64,000 bases of DNA from an uncultured virus (IMG/VR IMGVR_UViG_3300017991_000098) (IMGVR_UViG_3300017991_000098), one strand, 5' to 3'; numbered from the stretch's first letter, positions 36,933-48,371 are shown. Program-made: numbers and translations. Notes: generated by a model not told the origin, from the letters alone.

Positions 36933-37184
36933 TTAAATACTGATGCCAAATTGTCTAGCAAAATCGGCCGCTTCCTGTTCGGCCTCTTCAGAACTACGCA
37001 TTGGTAGGTCACAGCATGAGTGACGCCATGTGTTGTTTGGACCACTGCGAAGTGATTTTTCTGCTATCTCTTCGTTACAGTGTGGGCACACATCTATGGT
37101 GGTGGGGACCTGAACCACCCTACGAATTATGCGGGGTGGTTCAGGGTTGAGTGCTTGTTCGAGCTTGTCACAAAAATCTTGCAT
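36933..37184 (-). CDS. Small zinc-binding hypothetical protein
   Basis: CPHC...HSCC. Confidence 0.55.
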   Translation of the reverse strand: MQDFCDKLEQALNPEPPRIIRRVVQVPTTIDVCPHCNEEIAEKSLRSGPNNTWRHSCCDLPMRSSEEAEQEAADFARQFGISI

Positions 37185-37693
37185 TATTGACGCCCAAGGA
37201 TCTTAGCGATTTCTCCAGCCTTTCTCAACCAACGTGGTTGGCTCGGATCTGCGGCTTTTGGTTTCAAGAATTCCTTAGCACCCTTGGAAAGCCTGGCACC
37301 GAGTCCGAGTTTGGGGGCTATGGCTTCAACTTGTGCAGCCAGATCATCCATGCCATGCTTCTGAAGTGACGCGGCAAACGCCTCAAACAACTTGATGAGG
37401 GTATCTTCACCAAGTTGAGAACCAATCTGAGCCGGATCTGCTTCAGTAGCCAGCCTAACCATCTTGTCATAGATTGGATCCTGAGCGATTTCCGGATTTT
37501 GTGCCTTGGCCGCTTTTAGAATCTTGCGAGCTCCACTAAGGATCTCGTAGATGCTACGAGCTTCTTCGATGAGTTCCTCTATGAGAGTGATGTCCTCATC
37601 ACTCATGGATTCAACTAGCGTGATGAATTCAACCAGCGATTGGCCTTCATTCATCTCTAGAGCTTCATCAAGTCTCTTATCAATAGGTTTCAT
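37184..37693 (-). CDS. Hypothetical protein
   Basis: AAGGAG RBS; starts MKPIDKRLDEALE. Confidence 0.65.
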   Translation of the reverse strand: MKPIDKRLDEALEMNEGQSLVEFITLVESMSDEDITLIEELIEEARSIYEILSGARKILKAAKAQNPEIAQDPIYDKMVRLATEADPAQIGSQLGEDTLIKLFEAFAASLQKHGMDDLAAQVEAIAPKLGLGARLSKGAKEFLKPKAADPSQPRWLRKAGEIAKILGRQ

Positions 37694-37703
37694 GCTTCTC
37701 TCC

Positions 37704-39065
37704 TTATGACACCTCACCCGCAAACTCAATTGCAGTCTGCCTTGGGTCGGTTACAGTAAACTCTTTGTCGGTGTGCGGCATCTCGCCCTTCTTGGACTTA
37801 TCACCCTTCTTGAAACCGAAGATGGCCCTATGTGACCAACCATACCACTTCCCATCTTTTTCACAGAAACCGATGGAGCACACGCAGTGCTTGGGGTCGG
37901 CCTTCTCCGGGGCGATACCACGCTTATCACACAGAAATTTGGCCTGATCAGCATCGCCTATCCATTCATCGTTGTGGTTATAGGCGTTTTGCATCTCCAT
38001 GGGCTCCATATCTGAGCCCTTTTCTTTTATCTTCTCTGTGCGCAAAACATATGTACCCTTGTCCTGTTCCTTCTTAACATCGACTTCCCAGGCGTCTCTG
38101 TTGAACTCTCTCAGAAGACGACCGCGATTGCGGTGAAGCTGCCTCCACTCCATATTTAGTGTGTCTTTGATCATCTCAATGTCATCATCATCGTCGATGT
38201 CACCCTCTTCGGCAATCTGCTTGAGTTCGCGCATCCACTTGAGGTAGTAGTATCTCTCAAGAAGCTTGAAAATGACGTTGTCTGGTAGTTCATTGCGGCT
38301 ACCATATCTTGCTATTTCAGCTGGGTTTGCCTCGTCGCTGAAGGCTCTATGGCGAAAATCTCTGAGGTGGTTATACTGCGACACTATCTCCTCAACAGCA
38401 TCTTCTATGTCAATGAGCTTTTCACTCATGGCCTTCTCAATACCCTTAACTTCGCTCTTTGGTAGCTCTCTCATGAGTTCATAATCGATGATGTTTCTCT
38501 TAAGCTCACCAGTGGTGGTGTCAATCATGGCGGCGACTTTTTGAAATTTGGACATATAATCGCCAACATTGATAGAGATATTATACGGACCCTTTATCCA
38601 CCCATGTTCCCACCCACGCTCCCTGAAATCTGGATAATATATTCCATCAGCGTTGACAGGATTATATTGACCTTGGTTCAAATAAATCTGTAGTGGATGT
38701 TCTGTGCCAGGAACGAGGATTTCACCGATTTCATCATCGACCTGATTCTGCAGCCTATCCCTTTCCTCATCGGTAGTCGATTTGTCAATCTCGATTAGAA
38801 TATCGAGATCTGTGGTATCACGCCACTGGAAGCTTAGAAGTGATCCCTTGACGAACCAGTCTTTAACGTCAACAACGTCTCGATCTACCCTATCCACGAT
38901 GGTCTTGATGAAATTGGATACGTCAGAACGCATTTCATACTCATCTTCGTCTTTGGTGAATATATCAGGATCTAGGGTTGAGCGCGTCCAGTCGATGACG
39001 GCTTCACTTAGAATGGAGGACAACGTGTCCCCAAACATGGCTTGAGGTTTGTAATCTAGTTTCAT
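37704..39065 (-). CDS. Pol-beta-superfamily nucleotidyltransferase-like protein
   Basis: FVKGS...W...TDLDILI; ELPDNVIFKLLERY. Confidence 0.6.
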   Translation of the reverse strand: MKLDYKPQAMFGDTLSSILSEAVIDWTRSTLDPDIFTKDEDEYEMRSDVSNFIKTIVDRVDRDVVDVKDWFVKGSLLSFQWRDTTDLDILIEIDKSTTDEERDRLQNQVDDEIGEILVPGTEHPLQIYLNQGQYNPVNADGIYYPDFRERGWEHGWIKGPYNISINVGDYMSKFQKVAAMIDTTTGELKRNIIDYELMRELPKSEVKGIEKAMSEKLIDIEDAVEEIVSQYNHLRDFRHRAFSDEANPAEIARYGSRNELPDNVIFKLLERYYYLKWMRELKQIAEEGDIDDDDDIEMIKDTLNMEWRQLHRNRGRLLREFNRDAWEVDVKKEQDKGTYVLRTEKIKEKGSDMEPMEMQNAYNHNDEWIGDADQAKFLCDKRGIAPEKADPKHCVCSIGFCEKDGKWYGWSHRAIFGFKKGDKSKKGEMPHTDKEFTVTDPRQTAIEFAGEVS

Positions 39066-39083
39066 TTACTTATATTTGGGCGA

Positions 39084-39521
39084 CTACTTTTTGGCTTCTT
39101 TAGCCTCTTTAGCCATTGGGGGGGTCTTGCGACGGGGGTCCTTGCGCTTAATTATTAACCGTCCGTTAACCCAACAAGTCTCCAGGTATTTTGATTCTGC
39201 CCTTGCCTTTAGTAGTTTCTGTTTGAATCTGCGCACATCCTTCTGTAAGGCTGCAAGATCCTTTAGTAGCTGGTCGGTTTTGGTTACCGCCTCACCAGTA
39301 GTAACAAAATAGTCTTTTGGGTTGACGCCAACAAAATCATCAATAGGGATCTGCCATGTCTTGTGTGGTTGGTCAAGAACGGGGTCATCACCCAACATCG
39401 CGAATGGTTCAATGTTATTTGCGGTAGGTTCTGGTTCTTCGTCTTTGTGGGTCTTGCGGTGCGCCGAAAGAGCACCATTGTTCGCACACACTTTACCACA
39501 CACTGGGCAGCTAACACTCAT
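39084..39521 (-). CDS. C2H2 zinc-finger-containing protein
   Basis: CPVCGKVCANNGALSAHRKTH. Confidence 0.65.
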   Translation of the reverse strand: MSVSCPVCGKVCANNGALSAHRKTHKDEEPEPTANNIEPFAMLGDDPVLDQPHKTWQIPIDDFVGVNPKDYFVTTGEAVTKTDQLLKDLAALQKDVRRFKQKLLKARAESKYLETCWVNGRLIIKRKDPRRKTPPMAKEAKEAKK

Positions 39522-39769
39522 TCAGAATCCTCGTCGAAATAATCTTCTAGGTTATCGAGCTCATCATCCTCGGCTTCTGCTAATTCGGCATCAGCCTGTG
39601 ACTCAGCCACATCATCTTCGCTCATAAAATAAGCCTCTGCCGCCAGGCTAAACATCGCCATGTGCATGGTGCCAAGGGCTTCTGCGTATGTTATATTGTA
39701 TTCGCTGCGCACATAGCTGAGAATTTTGTTGAGTTCATCGGTCAAGTAAGTTACTGCTCTTGTACTCAT
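39518..39769 (-). CDS. Acidic hypothetical protein
   Basis: 83 aa; ATGA overlap. Confidence 0.6.
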   Translation of the reverse strand: MSTRAVTYLTDELNKILSYVRSEYNITYAEALGTMHMAMFSLAAEAYFMSEDDVAESQADAELAEAEDDELDNLEDYFDEDSE

Positions 39770-39899
39770 TTTTCTTCCAGCTTCTTGGCCTCAGGCGGTT
39801 TTTCCTTTTTCTTCCTCTTCCGGCGTGGAGATTGAGGTGGTGGTGTCGCAAACCCCGGTGCTATTGCAATTGCTCCTGATGTCATTGTCTCTACCAACT

Positions 39900-40412
39900 T
39901 CATGCTGATTTCCTCGCTTGTTTGTATTGATGCACTTCGCGAGACGCCATTGGCATGCTGTTGGCGATATTCCTATGTTTAGTATTAAAATACTCTATAT
40001 AGGCACAATCGTCAACTATTACGAAGTCAACACCGCATTTATCCTTGGTAAACTTTTCCACCATTCCCACCAACTTTTTGGGGTCATCATTTCTCATGAC
40101 GAGCTTGGAAGGAAATGTTATAACGTTTGGATTGTAGAAAGCAAAAACCTCGTGTTTCTGTGGCTCAGCCTTAAAACTCTTAAGAATATATGGATATCGG
40201 CGCATCAAAAAAGCGGAAAGCTGCGCCTCAAGACCCATATCCTTGAGGACATTCACAATCTTCACCATACACAGCTCAACATCGCCGCAGCCATGTTTTT
40301 CTATGGTATAAACAAGTTCTGCTAACAGTTCTTTTGAGTGGATTCCCAGCCACTCCTGCCATGGAGATTCTCTAGCTATTCTGCAAAACAGGCCAGTTTT
40401 TAGTTCCATCAT
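39900..40412 (-). CDS. Hypothetical protein
   Basis: 170 aa; overlaps upstream stop. Confidence 0.6.
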   Translation of the reverse strand: MMELKTGLFCRIARESPWQEWLGIHSKELLAELVYTIEKHGCGDVELCMVKIVNVLKDMGLEAQLSAFLMRRYPYILKSFKAEPQKHEVFAFYNPNVITFPSKLVMRNDDPKKLVGMVEKFTKDKCGVDFVIVDDCAYIEYFNTKHRNIANSMPMASREVHQYKQARKSA

Positions 40413-43400
40413 ATGCCCTCAGCAGCCCACAGGATACCTTCGTCAAGAAGCGTCGTCCAGGCATCCGGTTGGATATTGTTCCAGCCAGTAGTACACCAAA
40501 AAACCCTGCCGGAAGTTTCTTGCCTACGATATGCTGCAGCAGACGGCTGTGGTGGCTCGTTATTGTAATCCCTACCAGGTATGTCAAAGGTGATATCATT
40601 AAACTTTGCCAGTATGCCGTCAGTATCAGGATCAAACACAACCGTTGTACCTGCACCATTACTAACTTGGTAAACTCTGTCGCCTGGTTGCAATGTTCCA
40701 AGATCTACCACCATGTCTGCAGTGAGTGCATCTGGAGACGACACTGTCTGATAAACACCGCCACCAGCCAACCAACTTGGCATAGAACCAACACCTGGTT
40801 GCTTAGCTAAGAAATATATAGCATTGCCAACAACAAACAGGCCACCACCAGCATTTACATAAACCTCTAGTGCATCGGCACTAGCTATAGCACCAGCACT
40901 ATCGGCAACGATAATTGCATTATATTCATTATATCCAGTTGCGTCTGTCTGCCATGTTGCGTCTAGACCAAGCCTAGACATAACCGCATCATATATTCTG
41001 GCGTCTGGATCGCTAGTTATGATAAGTATCTTGGTGTCAGTGTTACCAGGATTGAAGAAATCCTCAACATCTACTGGGGAATGAGGGAATATGATTGTAT
41101 CAAAGTCAGAAATGTCACCATGGACCTCGATTGGGTCCTCCAACTTTTCCTTAAACAAGTCGTTTAACTCCTCATCATAAATCAGAGCATAATCTGAATC
41201 TTCAAGGCCGAGGAAGTTATTGCCGTCCGAAGTTTGCCATGCAAGGGCTGGTTTACCAAACCCGTTCTGCTCGAATTTTCTGATGCATGGAACATCATCT
41301 GAAAGGTTTGGCCTTACAACTATCCATTGGGTGCCACCAACATCGACCAAGGCTCCATTAGCACTACCGCTCTTCCAGGTACGTTCATGCCATGAAATAT
41401 TTCCATGTGACATTATGCACCAATATTCAAAATCCTCAAACCCAATATTAACTGGTGTACCTATGAAGCAAGAGGCATTCCACAAGCAAATCTTAACAGA
41501 TCCAGATTCACCATGATTGCCGGCAAACCAGAACCTTATTTCCCCGCCACCATGTTCTATGAGTACCAAGGATCCATTGTAATGTGCTGCAGCTTGGTCG
41601 TTGTTTTGGAAATTGGTAACCTGAGTTTCATCCTCTTCCGGAATGAGGTATGATCTGGTAACACCAGGTGCAATTGTTGTCTGTATTCTGGTCTCACCAC
41701 TGTACTTGATGCGGTTATAGATACAACACTCCTGGATCTCTGCCATATAAAGGCCAGCCGGGAATTCGTCTACAATTACTGGGTTAGTTACCATATTGTT
41801 AGCGTCGACTTCAACTGATAACACGCAATCGTCACAACCACCGGCACCAGCCTCACCACCAGGAACCCCTCCCTGCGCGTCACAGTCCTTCCAGGAGTCC
41901 ATATCAATGATGACCTTGGAGCCGTTGTTGACAATTTCTCCGGACTGCTTTTCGAGAGCCCCGCCAGATGGTTGATTGGTACCTTCGGTGCTGTTTTCAA
42001 TGGTCGTCTCTGCCACTCCGTATAGTCTTACTTCAACGCTGGAGTCATACTGCCACCCAGACAGTGTGCAGAAAAACTCGGTTTCACCAAATTCAACGCT
42101 GCTACTACCAACTAAAGCACCATCAAAATATACGTCTGTGCGACCCTCGGTGCGCTCTATCCTGAATCTGTGTTCCTCGTAGTGCGCAATGGTGCCACCA
42201 GTGGCCCCAGACACACCATCAAAACTGTAACCGCCATTGTGGTCTATGTCTAGTGCTATCTTGTTACCACTGCCGACATCTCTAATCCCGATCATGGCAC
42301 TATTATAATTATTGGCACCTGGGAATAGGTTCCACCACTTGAACGCCAGATTGACACCGGTCCACCCCTTCTCTATGGAATTGACTGTGAAGCTTGGGGG
42401 TTTGCTAGTTGCGTCATTCATACTGCTGAGAGCAATATGGGCATGGTCTGGAACTACACCCCATTCACCGTAATCTCCAGCGCTGTTTACGGTGAATGAT
42501 GCTAGGTCAGATTCACCAGTGCTGGAGGTAGTCCATTTATTGGTATCAACCGCACCACCAGAAAAATCATCGTACGCAGAATAGTTATATAATGACACGC
42601 CTTTATTGTCGCCGCGCAATAGTGATGATGGGCTGGTTGCGGCCATATCACCATCAATCGTGACTTTGAAATTGCTTAATGCACCCTGCACGCGCTGCTG
42701 CTCAATATATCTACGCTCATCTTGGTTGCGTTTCCTGCTTTCACAATTTTCTAGAGCACAGCAAAGAGCAGCTTTTTGGTCATTAAAGACCTTCATCATG
42801 GTCATCAACCATTCTCTGGCCTTATTTTCTCTGTCAACCTTAGCTTGATTTAATAGGTAGACATATCTGTCATATACCGACTCTTCAATGCCCTTGAAAT
42901 CAAGGTAAAATAGCGTTGCACATACCGGACATCCAGTATCACACTGCAATCTGGACTCTGAAACAAAGTCTAGAGCCAAAACCCATGGGCTCTGTTGAAG
43001 CTGAACATTGACTTCATCTGGGCATGCATCTGGATTACCAATCAGTCCACGAGTAATAACCAGATAGTTTTCATCTTTGGATATAGACTCGACCTCTACT
43101 TTAATTACGGCTCTGTTGGGGTCTCCTGTGATCTCGAATGGAATTGATTCTTCAACAAGATCACCAGCAAATGGTGCATTCTGACCATCTTCACCGGTTG
43201 GTCCTTTGGGACCTGTATCTAGCTTGTCGATGCCTGGATCGCCCTTTTCCCCAGTGTCACCTTTAGGTCCTTGTATTTGTTCAAAATGTATGTTGCCACG
43301 CTTTTCAAGCTCTTCAACGAGCTTGTCAATATTTACGCGGAAGTTGAAACCATATGTATTCTCGTGTAGGTGCCAGGTCTCCTTTGTTACCTCGCCATCC

Positions 43401-43714
43401 TGGCCAATCAAGTCGAGCGTGTCTTCAATGAATAAAGACTCATCGTTTGAGAACAAACCAATCTGACCAGCCTCAAAAGCACCGCCACATTGATCTGAAG
43501 ACAATGTAATCTGAGGTGGTGGTATCAATAGTTGGTTGATTTTAGCATAGTCTTCTGACGACATCAACCCAGGTGCCAGAGCAGTAGCCAATTCGATGGA
43601 CTTATATCCATCCAGCCTAACCCAACTCTTAGTACCTGAATCATACTGGAAGAAAACTCCAGGAGTTTTCTCAAAAATCATACCATCTTGTGGGTCTTTT
43701 GGCCAATCGGACAT
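40409..43714 (-). CDS. Large putative virion/fibre protein with collagen-like segment
   Basis: GPKGDTGEKGDPG...GPKGPTGEDG; WPKDPQDG N-terminus; lectin-like central region. Confidence 0.65.
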   Translation of the reverse strand: MSDWPKDPQDGMIFEKTPGVFFQYDSGTKSWVRLDGYKSIELATALAPGLMSSEDYAKINQLLIPPPQITLSSDQCGGAFEAGQIGLFSNDESLFIEDTLDLIGQDGEVTKETWHLHENTYGFNFRVNIDKLVEELEKRGNIHFEQIQGPKGDTGEKGDPGIDKLDTGPKGPTGEDGQNAPFAGDLVEESIPFEITGDPNRAVIKVEVESISKDENYLVITRGLIGNPDACPDEVNVQLQQSPWVLALDFVSESRLQCDTGCPVCATLFYLDFKGIEESVYDRYVYLLNQAKVDRENKAREWLMTMMKVFNDQKAALCCALENCESRKRNQDERRYIEQQRVQGALSNFKVTIDGDMAATSPSSLLRGDNKGVSLYNYSAYDDFSGGAVDTNKWTTSSTGESDLASFTVNSAGDYGEWGVVPDHAHIALSSMNDATSKPPSFTVNSIEKGWTGVNLAFKWWNLFPGANNYNSAMIGIRDVGSGNKIALDIDHNGGYSFDGVSGATGGTIAHYEEHRFRIERTEGRTDVYFDGALVGSSSVEFGETEFFCTLSGWQYDSSVEVRLYGVAETTIENSTEGTNQPSGGALEKQSGEIVNNGSKVIIDMDSWKDCDAQGGVPGGEAGAGGCDDCVLSVEVDANNMVTNPVIVDEFPAGLYMAEIQECCIYNRIKYSGETRIQTTIAPGVTRSYLIPEEDETQVTNFQNNDQAAAHYNGSLVLIEHGGGEIRFWFAGNHGESGSVKICLWNASCFIGTPVNIGFEDFEYWCIMSHGNISWHERTWKSGSANGALVDVGGTQWIVVRPNLSDDVPCIRKFEQNGFGKPALAWQTSDGNNFLGLEDSDYALIYDEELNDLFKEKLEDPIEVHGDISDFDTIIFPHSPVDVEDFFNPGNTDTKILIITSDPDARIYDAVMSRLGLDATWQTDATGYNEYNAIIVADSAGAIASADALEVYVNAGGGLFVVGNAIYFLAKQPGVGSMPSWLAGGGVYQTVSSPDALTADMVVDLGTLQPGDRVYQVSNGAGTTVVFDPDTDGILAKFNDITFDIPGRDYNNEPPQPSAAAYRRQETSGRVFWCTTGWNNIQPDAWTTLLDEGILWAAEGI

Positions 43715-45012
43715 TATAATCCACTCGCTCCACTTGATGTTGAAGGACTAACTATTGATCCAGCGATTGCCGCTGCGGCGGCTGCAATGGTCTCACTAAT
43801 AGTATTCGAACTATTAACAATCGCAGTGCTTATTTCGTAGCTGGCCTCGTCGATTTCACCAGCGACATCGTCCGTGGCATCAACAAGGTCGTGTATTGGT
43901 TTGCCGTCATCACCAATGCGCTCTGTTGGTATAATAGCGATACTAGCATCACAAGTCTCTGGAGTGATGCCCAGACAGTAGTCTATTGGCAGTTGCCATT
44001 CACATTCCGATAGTTTTTGCGATAGCTGGGCTAGAACTTTCCTGGCTTCCTTATCCTTGGCACACATAAATTCGCTGAGTTCTAGATCGTACTTCTTCTC
44101 CGCATCATCCAACTTTTCCTGGTATTTACTTATCATCCTGTCGATGATATAACTAAGTTTTTTTGTGCCAATTTGAGAAATGCCAGGAGGGGTAAACTTC
44201 TCCGGTAGGTGGACAATCATTGGGTCCGCCTTATCTAATGGATCATCCTGCGGCCTTATGATCTCATAATTCCAGCCATCAGTAAATTGAACAGATCGAA
44301 TTATGGGATCCGCTATGACTTGATCAGCCGGTGTATCGTCACTCGGAACCTTGACCTTGGACTTAGTGACAGTAAGAACACCATCATCTGGCTCCAGATC
44401 CAACTTCACTACAGCCGTGTCATAAACTCCCTGATCTTCTAGAATCTTGACACCAGTAAAAGTGCCTGGTTCCGTTTCATCCTTACCAGATGGTCCTTGC
44501 TCACCAACTGGACCGTCACCAGTTCCTGGCTCACCTTCCGGGCCTTTTTCTCCCTTGCACCCTTTTGAACCGGGAACACTAGGCACTTTGATACAGAATG
44601 CTTCCAGGAACTTATTGTTTATGCGGAAATCAAATCCTGGAAGTTCGTCTTCGGCACCCTCAATGACCGTCTGGCATGGCTCCGACGTGATTCTGCCCTT
44701 ATTATCAACACAAAAAATATCAAGCGAATCACTAACAAGCTTGACGTCACCCATTATCATGCCATCTGGGACTCCAGGATCACGCTTTAGTGGTTTAGTG
44801 ATGATGGCAAAACCACCACCCTTTTGTGGGATGGAATCAATTTTAACCTTGAGCTTGGCACTCAATAGGCCAGATTGTTCGTCTGATGCCAGTGGTATAT
44901 CTTCTGTTTCACCACGGCGCTTCCAGCACTTGGCCTCAGCATCATAGAGCCATTCAACCCGATAGGCATCTATTAGAATTTGGCCATCAAACGGGAATTT
45001 CGGGAAAGCCAC
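43714..45012 (-). CDS. Putative virion protein with collagen-like segment (paralogous to N-terminus of 40409-43714)
   Basis: FPKFPFDG...GSKGCKGEKGPEGEPG...GPVGEQGPSG. Confidence 0.65.
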   Translation of the reverse strand: MAFPKFPFDGQILIDAYRVEWLYDAEAKCWKRRGETEDIPLASDEQSGLLSAKLKVKIDSIPQKGGGFAIITKPLKRDPGVPDGMIMGDVKLVSDSLDIFCVDNKGRITSEPCQTVIEGAEDELPGFDFRINNKFLEAFCIKVPSVPGSKGCKGEKGPEGEPGTGDGPVGEQGPSGKDETEPGTFTGVKILEDQGVYDTAVVKLDLEPDDGVLTVTKSKVKVPSDDTPADQVIADPIIRSVQFTDGWNYEIIRPQDDPLDKADPMIVHLPEKFTPPGISQIGTKKLSYIIDRMISKYQEKLDDAEKKYDLELSEFMCAKDKEARKVLAQLSQKLSECEWQLPIDYCLGITPETCDASIAIIPTERIGDDGKPIHDLVDATDDVAGEIDEASYEISTAIVNSSNTISETIAAAAAAIAGSIVSPSTSSGASGL

Positions 45013-45109
45013 TACTATCTCCTGATATCTAAGATATCTTTGTGTTGTCTGAATACGCGAATGGACCCATTAATACAGGGTCCATTCAATTCCCGCTTTG
45101 TACTCAATA

Positions 45110-45565
45110 TCACTGGGCCGGAGGTTCGGCCGGTGGTGGTGCATCTATTGGTGCCGGTTCCGGATCTGGCTCAACTGGTGGCTGTTGATCTACTGGTGGA
45201 TTGATGCGGATCTTGTCACCAGCTTCAAGCTGATATCTCTCACCATCGAGCACAACATCTACATTTGAATCAACGGTATAGACCTTATTACCTTGGTCTG
45301 CCATATCAACGTCCTCCTTAGTGACCTCAATACCAGGGTATGCCTTACTGACGGCACTACGAACCCTATCTTTTAGGGCCTCTAGCGACCCGATACCACG
45401 TTTCTTGGCCCATCCTGGCACACTGCTGTATTGTGCTACTCTAGATAGGGCATTTCTGGCGTGTGATTTATCGTGGATTGGAAAATGGACCTCTGAGTCC
45501 TCTTCCGTTGCAGGGAACACAACCTTACGCTTCCTCTGCTTTTCCTTGTACGAAATATCAGTCAT
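45110..45565 (-). CDS. Hypothetical head-associated protein
   Basis: FPIHDKSHARNALSRVAQ motif. Confidence 0.6.
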   Translation of the reverse strand: MTDISYKEKQRKRKVVFPATEEDSEVHFPIHDKSHARNALSRVAQYSSVPGWAKKRGIGSLEALKDRVRSAVSKAYPGIEVTKEDVDMADQGNKVYTVDSNVDVVLDGERYQLEAGDKIRINPPVDQQPPVEPDPEPAPIDAPPPAEPPAQ

Positions 45566-45603
45566 AATTTACTCCCATAAAATACTATTAGAATTGCAAA
45601 AGA

Positions 45604-47322
45604 CTAACCAACCCAGCTGTCACCATTGTAGGTCTTAAAACGGGTACCATCATACCACTCATCACCAAAGACAGGGTCACGACCAAGCAAACAACGCAGA
45701 CGAGGCAGGATGTCAGTGTCATAATCGTGATCCTCACCAGATGAGTCAACAACCAGCTTCACACACCTATGAGCACTACCACCAGACCAACCATACCGCT
45801 CAATATCTGGGTTGTCAGTGATTCCGGGCTTCGTCGTAAAGTCAGTACGATCACCAAGACCCTCGTCCATTTCGGTTACGTACCTATTATCGTCGCTTGG
45901 TTGTATCGGCCCATCAACGCGGCGTGCTGCTGAACCCTTCATAGCTTGATTCTCGCCGATTGTCGGTACGTACTTTGGAATACGACTTACACTGTAGGAA
46001 GAAAGGATCGTGCTGTCCTTGGTAAACTCAATCTGAGCAGGCTCACCAATAAGCGTAAGGAACTCATCGAAGAAATCTTCAATATCTGAACCGGTGCCAC
46101 CCCAGATTGGGCTTAGAACAACATGGCCACGACCCATGTGCTGGTTGAAAAGATCGGCCTCTGTGCCTTCAACACCCCACAGATTACCAAGAGGTTCAAT
46201 CGAAACAACACGACCTGCCAAATATGATCTATCAAGTGTTAATGCGGCAAATTCTACTGGTGCCGTTGATGGATTATCATCTACTATCGCATAAGTCGCG
46301 AAGTAAAAAGTGAGTGATTGGGCACCAGCATCATCGCGCACAATGCGCGTCACCCATACCGGGTAATATGTGCCAGAAATATCACTTTCTGGTTCGTCAC
46401 CTGCGGGTGCTGTGATATTGAATTCGTGGAATAATTCATCTGGTATCTGGATTGCCACTGGTGAATAGGCAGTTCTGTTGGCTCCAGAACGATATGGGTA
46501 GTTGAAGGTACGAATCCAAGCAGACATCTCTGAACCAATGTCAGGAATCGCATTGGACGCGTTATCAACCAAAAGACCCGTGCCATGTGCAAGAGCAACG
46601 CTATCATACACACCAGCAGTTGAATCCATGACCTCATAAATGGCTGGGCTGTCAAATTCGCCATCACTATTTGAGTCGGTGGTATCCATTGGAGGCGCAA
46701 CGACGTCCAACCACGCCTGCACGACGGGGTCTTCTGTGTCCAGGGTGCGGAAGGCTACGAAGCCGTCAACTGTACCACTCTCACTGGGGTCAATATTTAT
46801 AGACTCATCCGTTGCAATCTCAACGCGCATGCGCTGATAGGTCTGCGCACTACCAATATTGTAATCGAGCGTGAAGATGGCTGTCTCAGTTGCAGATCCT
46901 TCATGGTTGGCAGCAAAAACCAAACGTAAGATGCCAGTATAATCCGTCTCGCTACCAGTACTACCATTCTGTCCGCTAACCCTCTTGATACGAACAAGGC
47001 GCAAATCTTCCCACTTACTGGGAAGAGATACGTGCATATCCCAAATCAAACCGAGAGGAACATCCGTTCCATCATCAAGCTTAGGCTGAACAAGGAATGG
47101 GAAGTATGTCTGGTACCCAAGGCGAATCGCGATAGCGTCAAGAGTCTTTGCCATAATAAGCTGACGCATGGCCATGTCGGCAATGGGCCTGTTGACGGCC
47201 TCAAAGAACACAGGATCTTGTGAGGTCAACCATCTAACATTAAGGTTCTCATCTGTCGCCAAACGACTGAAGAGGTCTCCTGGGTCTACGGATGGGACCA
47301 AATCGGGGTCAATAGTAGGCAT
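45604..47322 (-). CDS. Putative virion structural protein
   Basis: 572 aa in a structural operon; acidic. Confidence 0.6.
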   Translation of the reverse strand: MPTIDPDLVPSVDPGDLFSRLATDENLNVRWLTSQDPVFFEAVNRPIADMAMRQLIMAKTLDAIAIRLGYQTYFPFLVQPKLDDGTDVPLGLIWDMHVSLPSKWEDLRLVRIKRVSGQNGSTGSETDYTGILRLVFAANHEGSATETAIFTLDYNIGSAQTYQRMRVEIATDESINIDPSESGTVDGFVAFRTLDTEDPVVQAWLDVVAPPMDTTDSNSDGEFDSPAIYEVMDSTAGVYDSVALAHGTGLLVDNASNAIPDIGSEMSAWIRTFNYPYRSGANRTAYSPVAIQIPDELFHEFNITAPAGDEPESDISGTYYPVWVTRIVRDDAGAQSLTFYFATYAIVDDNPSTAPVEFAALTLDRSYLAGRVVSIEPLGNLWGVEGTEADLFNQHMGRGHVVLSPIWGGTGSDIEDFFDEFLTLIGEPAQIEFTKDSTILSSYSVSRIPKYVPTIGENQAMKGSAARRVDGPIQPSDDNRYVTEMDEGLGDRTDFTTKPGITDNPDIERYGWSGGSAHRCVKLVVDSSGEDHDYDTDILPRLRCLLGRDPVFGDEWYDGTRFKTYNGDSWVG

Positions 47323-47345
47323 TTATCGTACTCCTATGAGCTTTC

Positions 47346-48371
47346 TTACGAGAATATGATGCGCCAGCGGATAGTGATTTCAAAATCACCTGTCTTCTTG
47401 GCTGGCGACTTCAGAATTCTATGAGAAAAGATGCGCAGCGTATCTCTATGGACATCTACCACACCCGATAGCGGATTCTGTTCAGAATCAACAGGGACAC
47501 GGTCAAGAACCATATCACGACCAGATTCTGCCTTCTCCATTATCAAGTAAAATGGATTGACCTGATCTAGGGTATCATCATTAGAACCAGTTGCGGTGAT
47601 CTTTATTTGATCACCTTCCTTAATCTTGTCGGCATCTGCAGCATTATCCAATGTTACAACATCACCACCAGATGCGGTCGCGGCATAAGGACCATCAAGG
47701 AACAACTCTCTTGGCGTACACTCACACTGGTCTACCTCATCAAAAGTTCTACCAGCAGCTAAGGCGACTTCAGTAATGGTGAAAAAGTCAGAATCACTCG
47801 CACCAAACCCGTTATACTCATCTGGTCGCAAAGTGGTTTCAACCAACATAATATTATTGATTGCCCTAACATCATCCTGAAGAAGTGGGGTGCCAGCTGG
47901 TTGATAAGTGGTCTCGTGGGCTATTCTCTCAATCCTCTTGAGCGGTCTTGATGGCTCCGAGATAGGAATAGCGTTTATCAACCCACCTCCATAATGAGCA
48001 CCAGGATCTAACCTGATTGGTATATAAGTACCAGACACCTCATCATAGGTGTAATACCTTTCGTCTTCTGCGTCAAGCGGCACTCCGTTGTCATCAAAAG
48101 AGGCACCTAGAAGGATATACTTGACAGCGAATTCCTCGTCCGGGTCATTGTCAGATTCAACCCACGCACCAACGCCTGTTCCGGCATTGGGGTCCCATAC
48201 CTTAGAATAAGGAAGGGTGTGTGCAAGACATTCTTTGGCAAAAATCTTAACAATATTCGGTTCTACGATGCGATCTATGACATTGCCACTGCGATCCTTG
48301 ACGATGATTTCAATCTCGCCCTTATACTCTTTATATGGCATCTTTTCGCTAAGGTTCAATTTCCTGGTCAT
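47346..48371 (-). CDS. Putative baseplate/tail-fibre-associated protein
   Basis: YKGEIEIIVKD...EPNIV, ITEVAL, KKTGDFEITIRWRIIF. Confidence 0.6.
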   Translation of the reverse strand: MTRKLNLSEKMPYKEYKGEIEIIVKDRSGNVIDRIVEPNIVKIFAKECLAHTLPYSKVWDPNAGTGVGAWVESDNDPDEEFAVKYILLGASFDDNGVPLDAEDERYYTYDEVSGTYIPIRLDPGAHYGGGLINAIPISEPSRPLKRIERIAHETTYQPAGTPLLQDDVRAINNIMLVETTLRPDEYNGFGASDSDFFTITEVALAAGRTFDEVDQCECTPRELFLDGPYAATASGGDVVTLDNAADADKIKEGDQIKITATGSNDDTLDQVNPFYLIMEKAESGRDMVLDRVPVDSEQNPLSGVVDVHRDTLRIFSHRILKSPAKKTGDFEITIRWRIIFS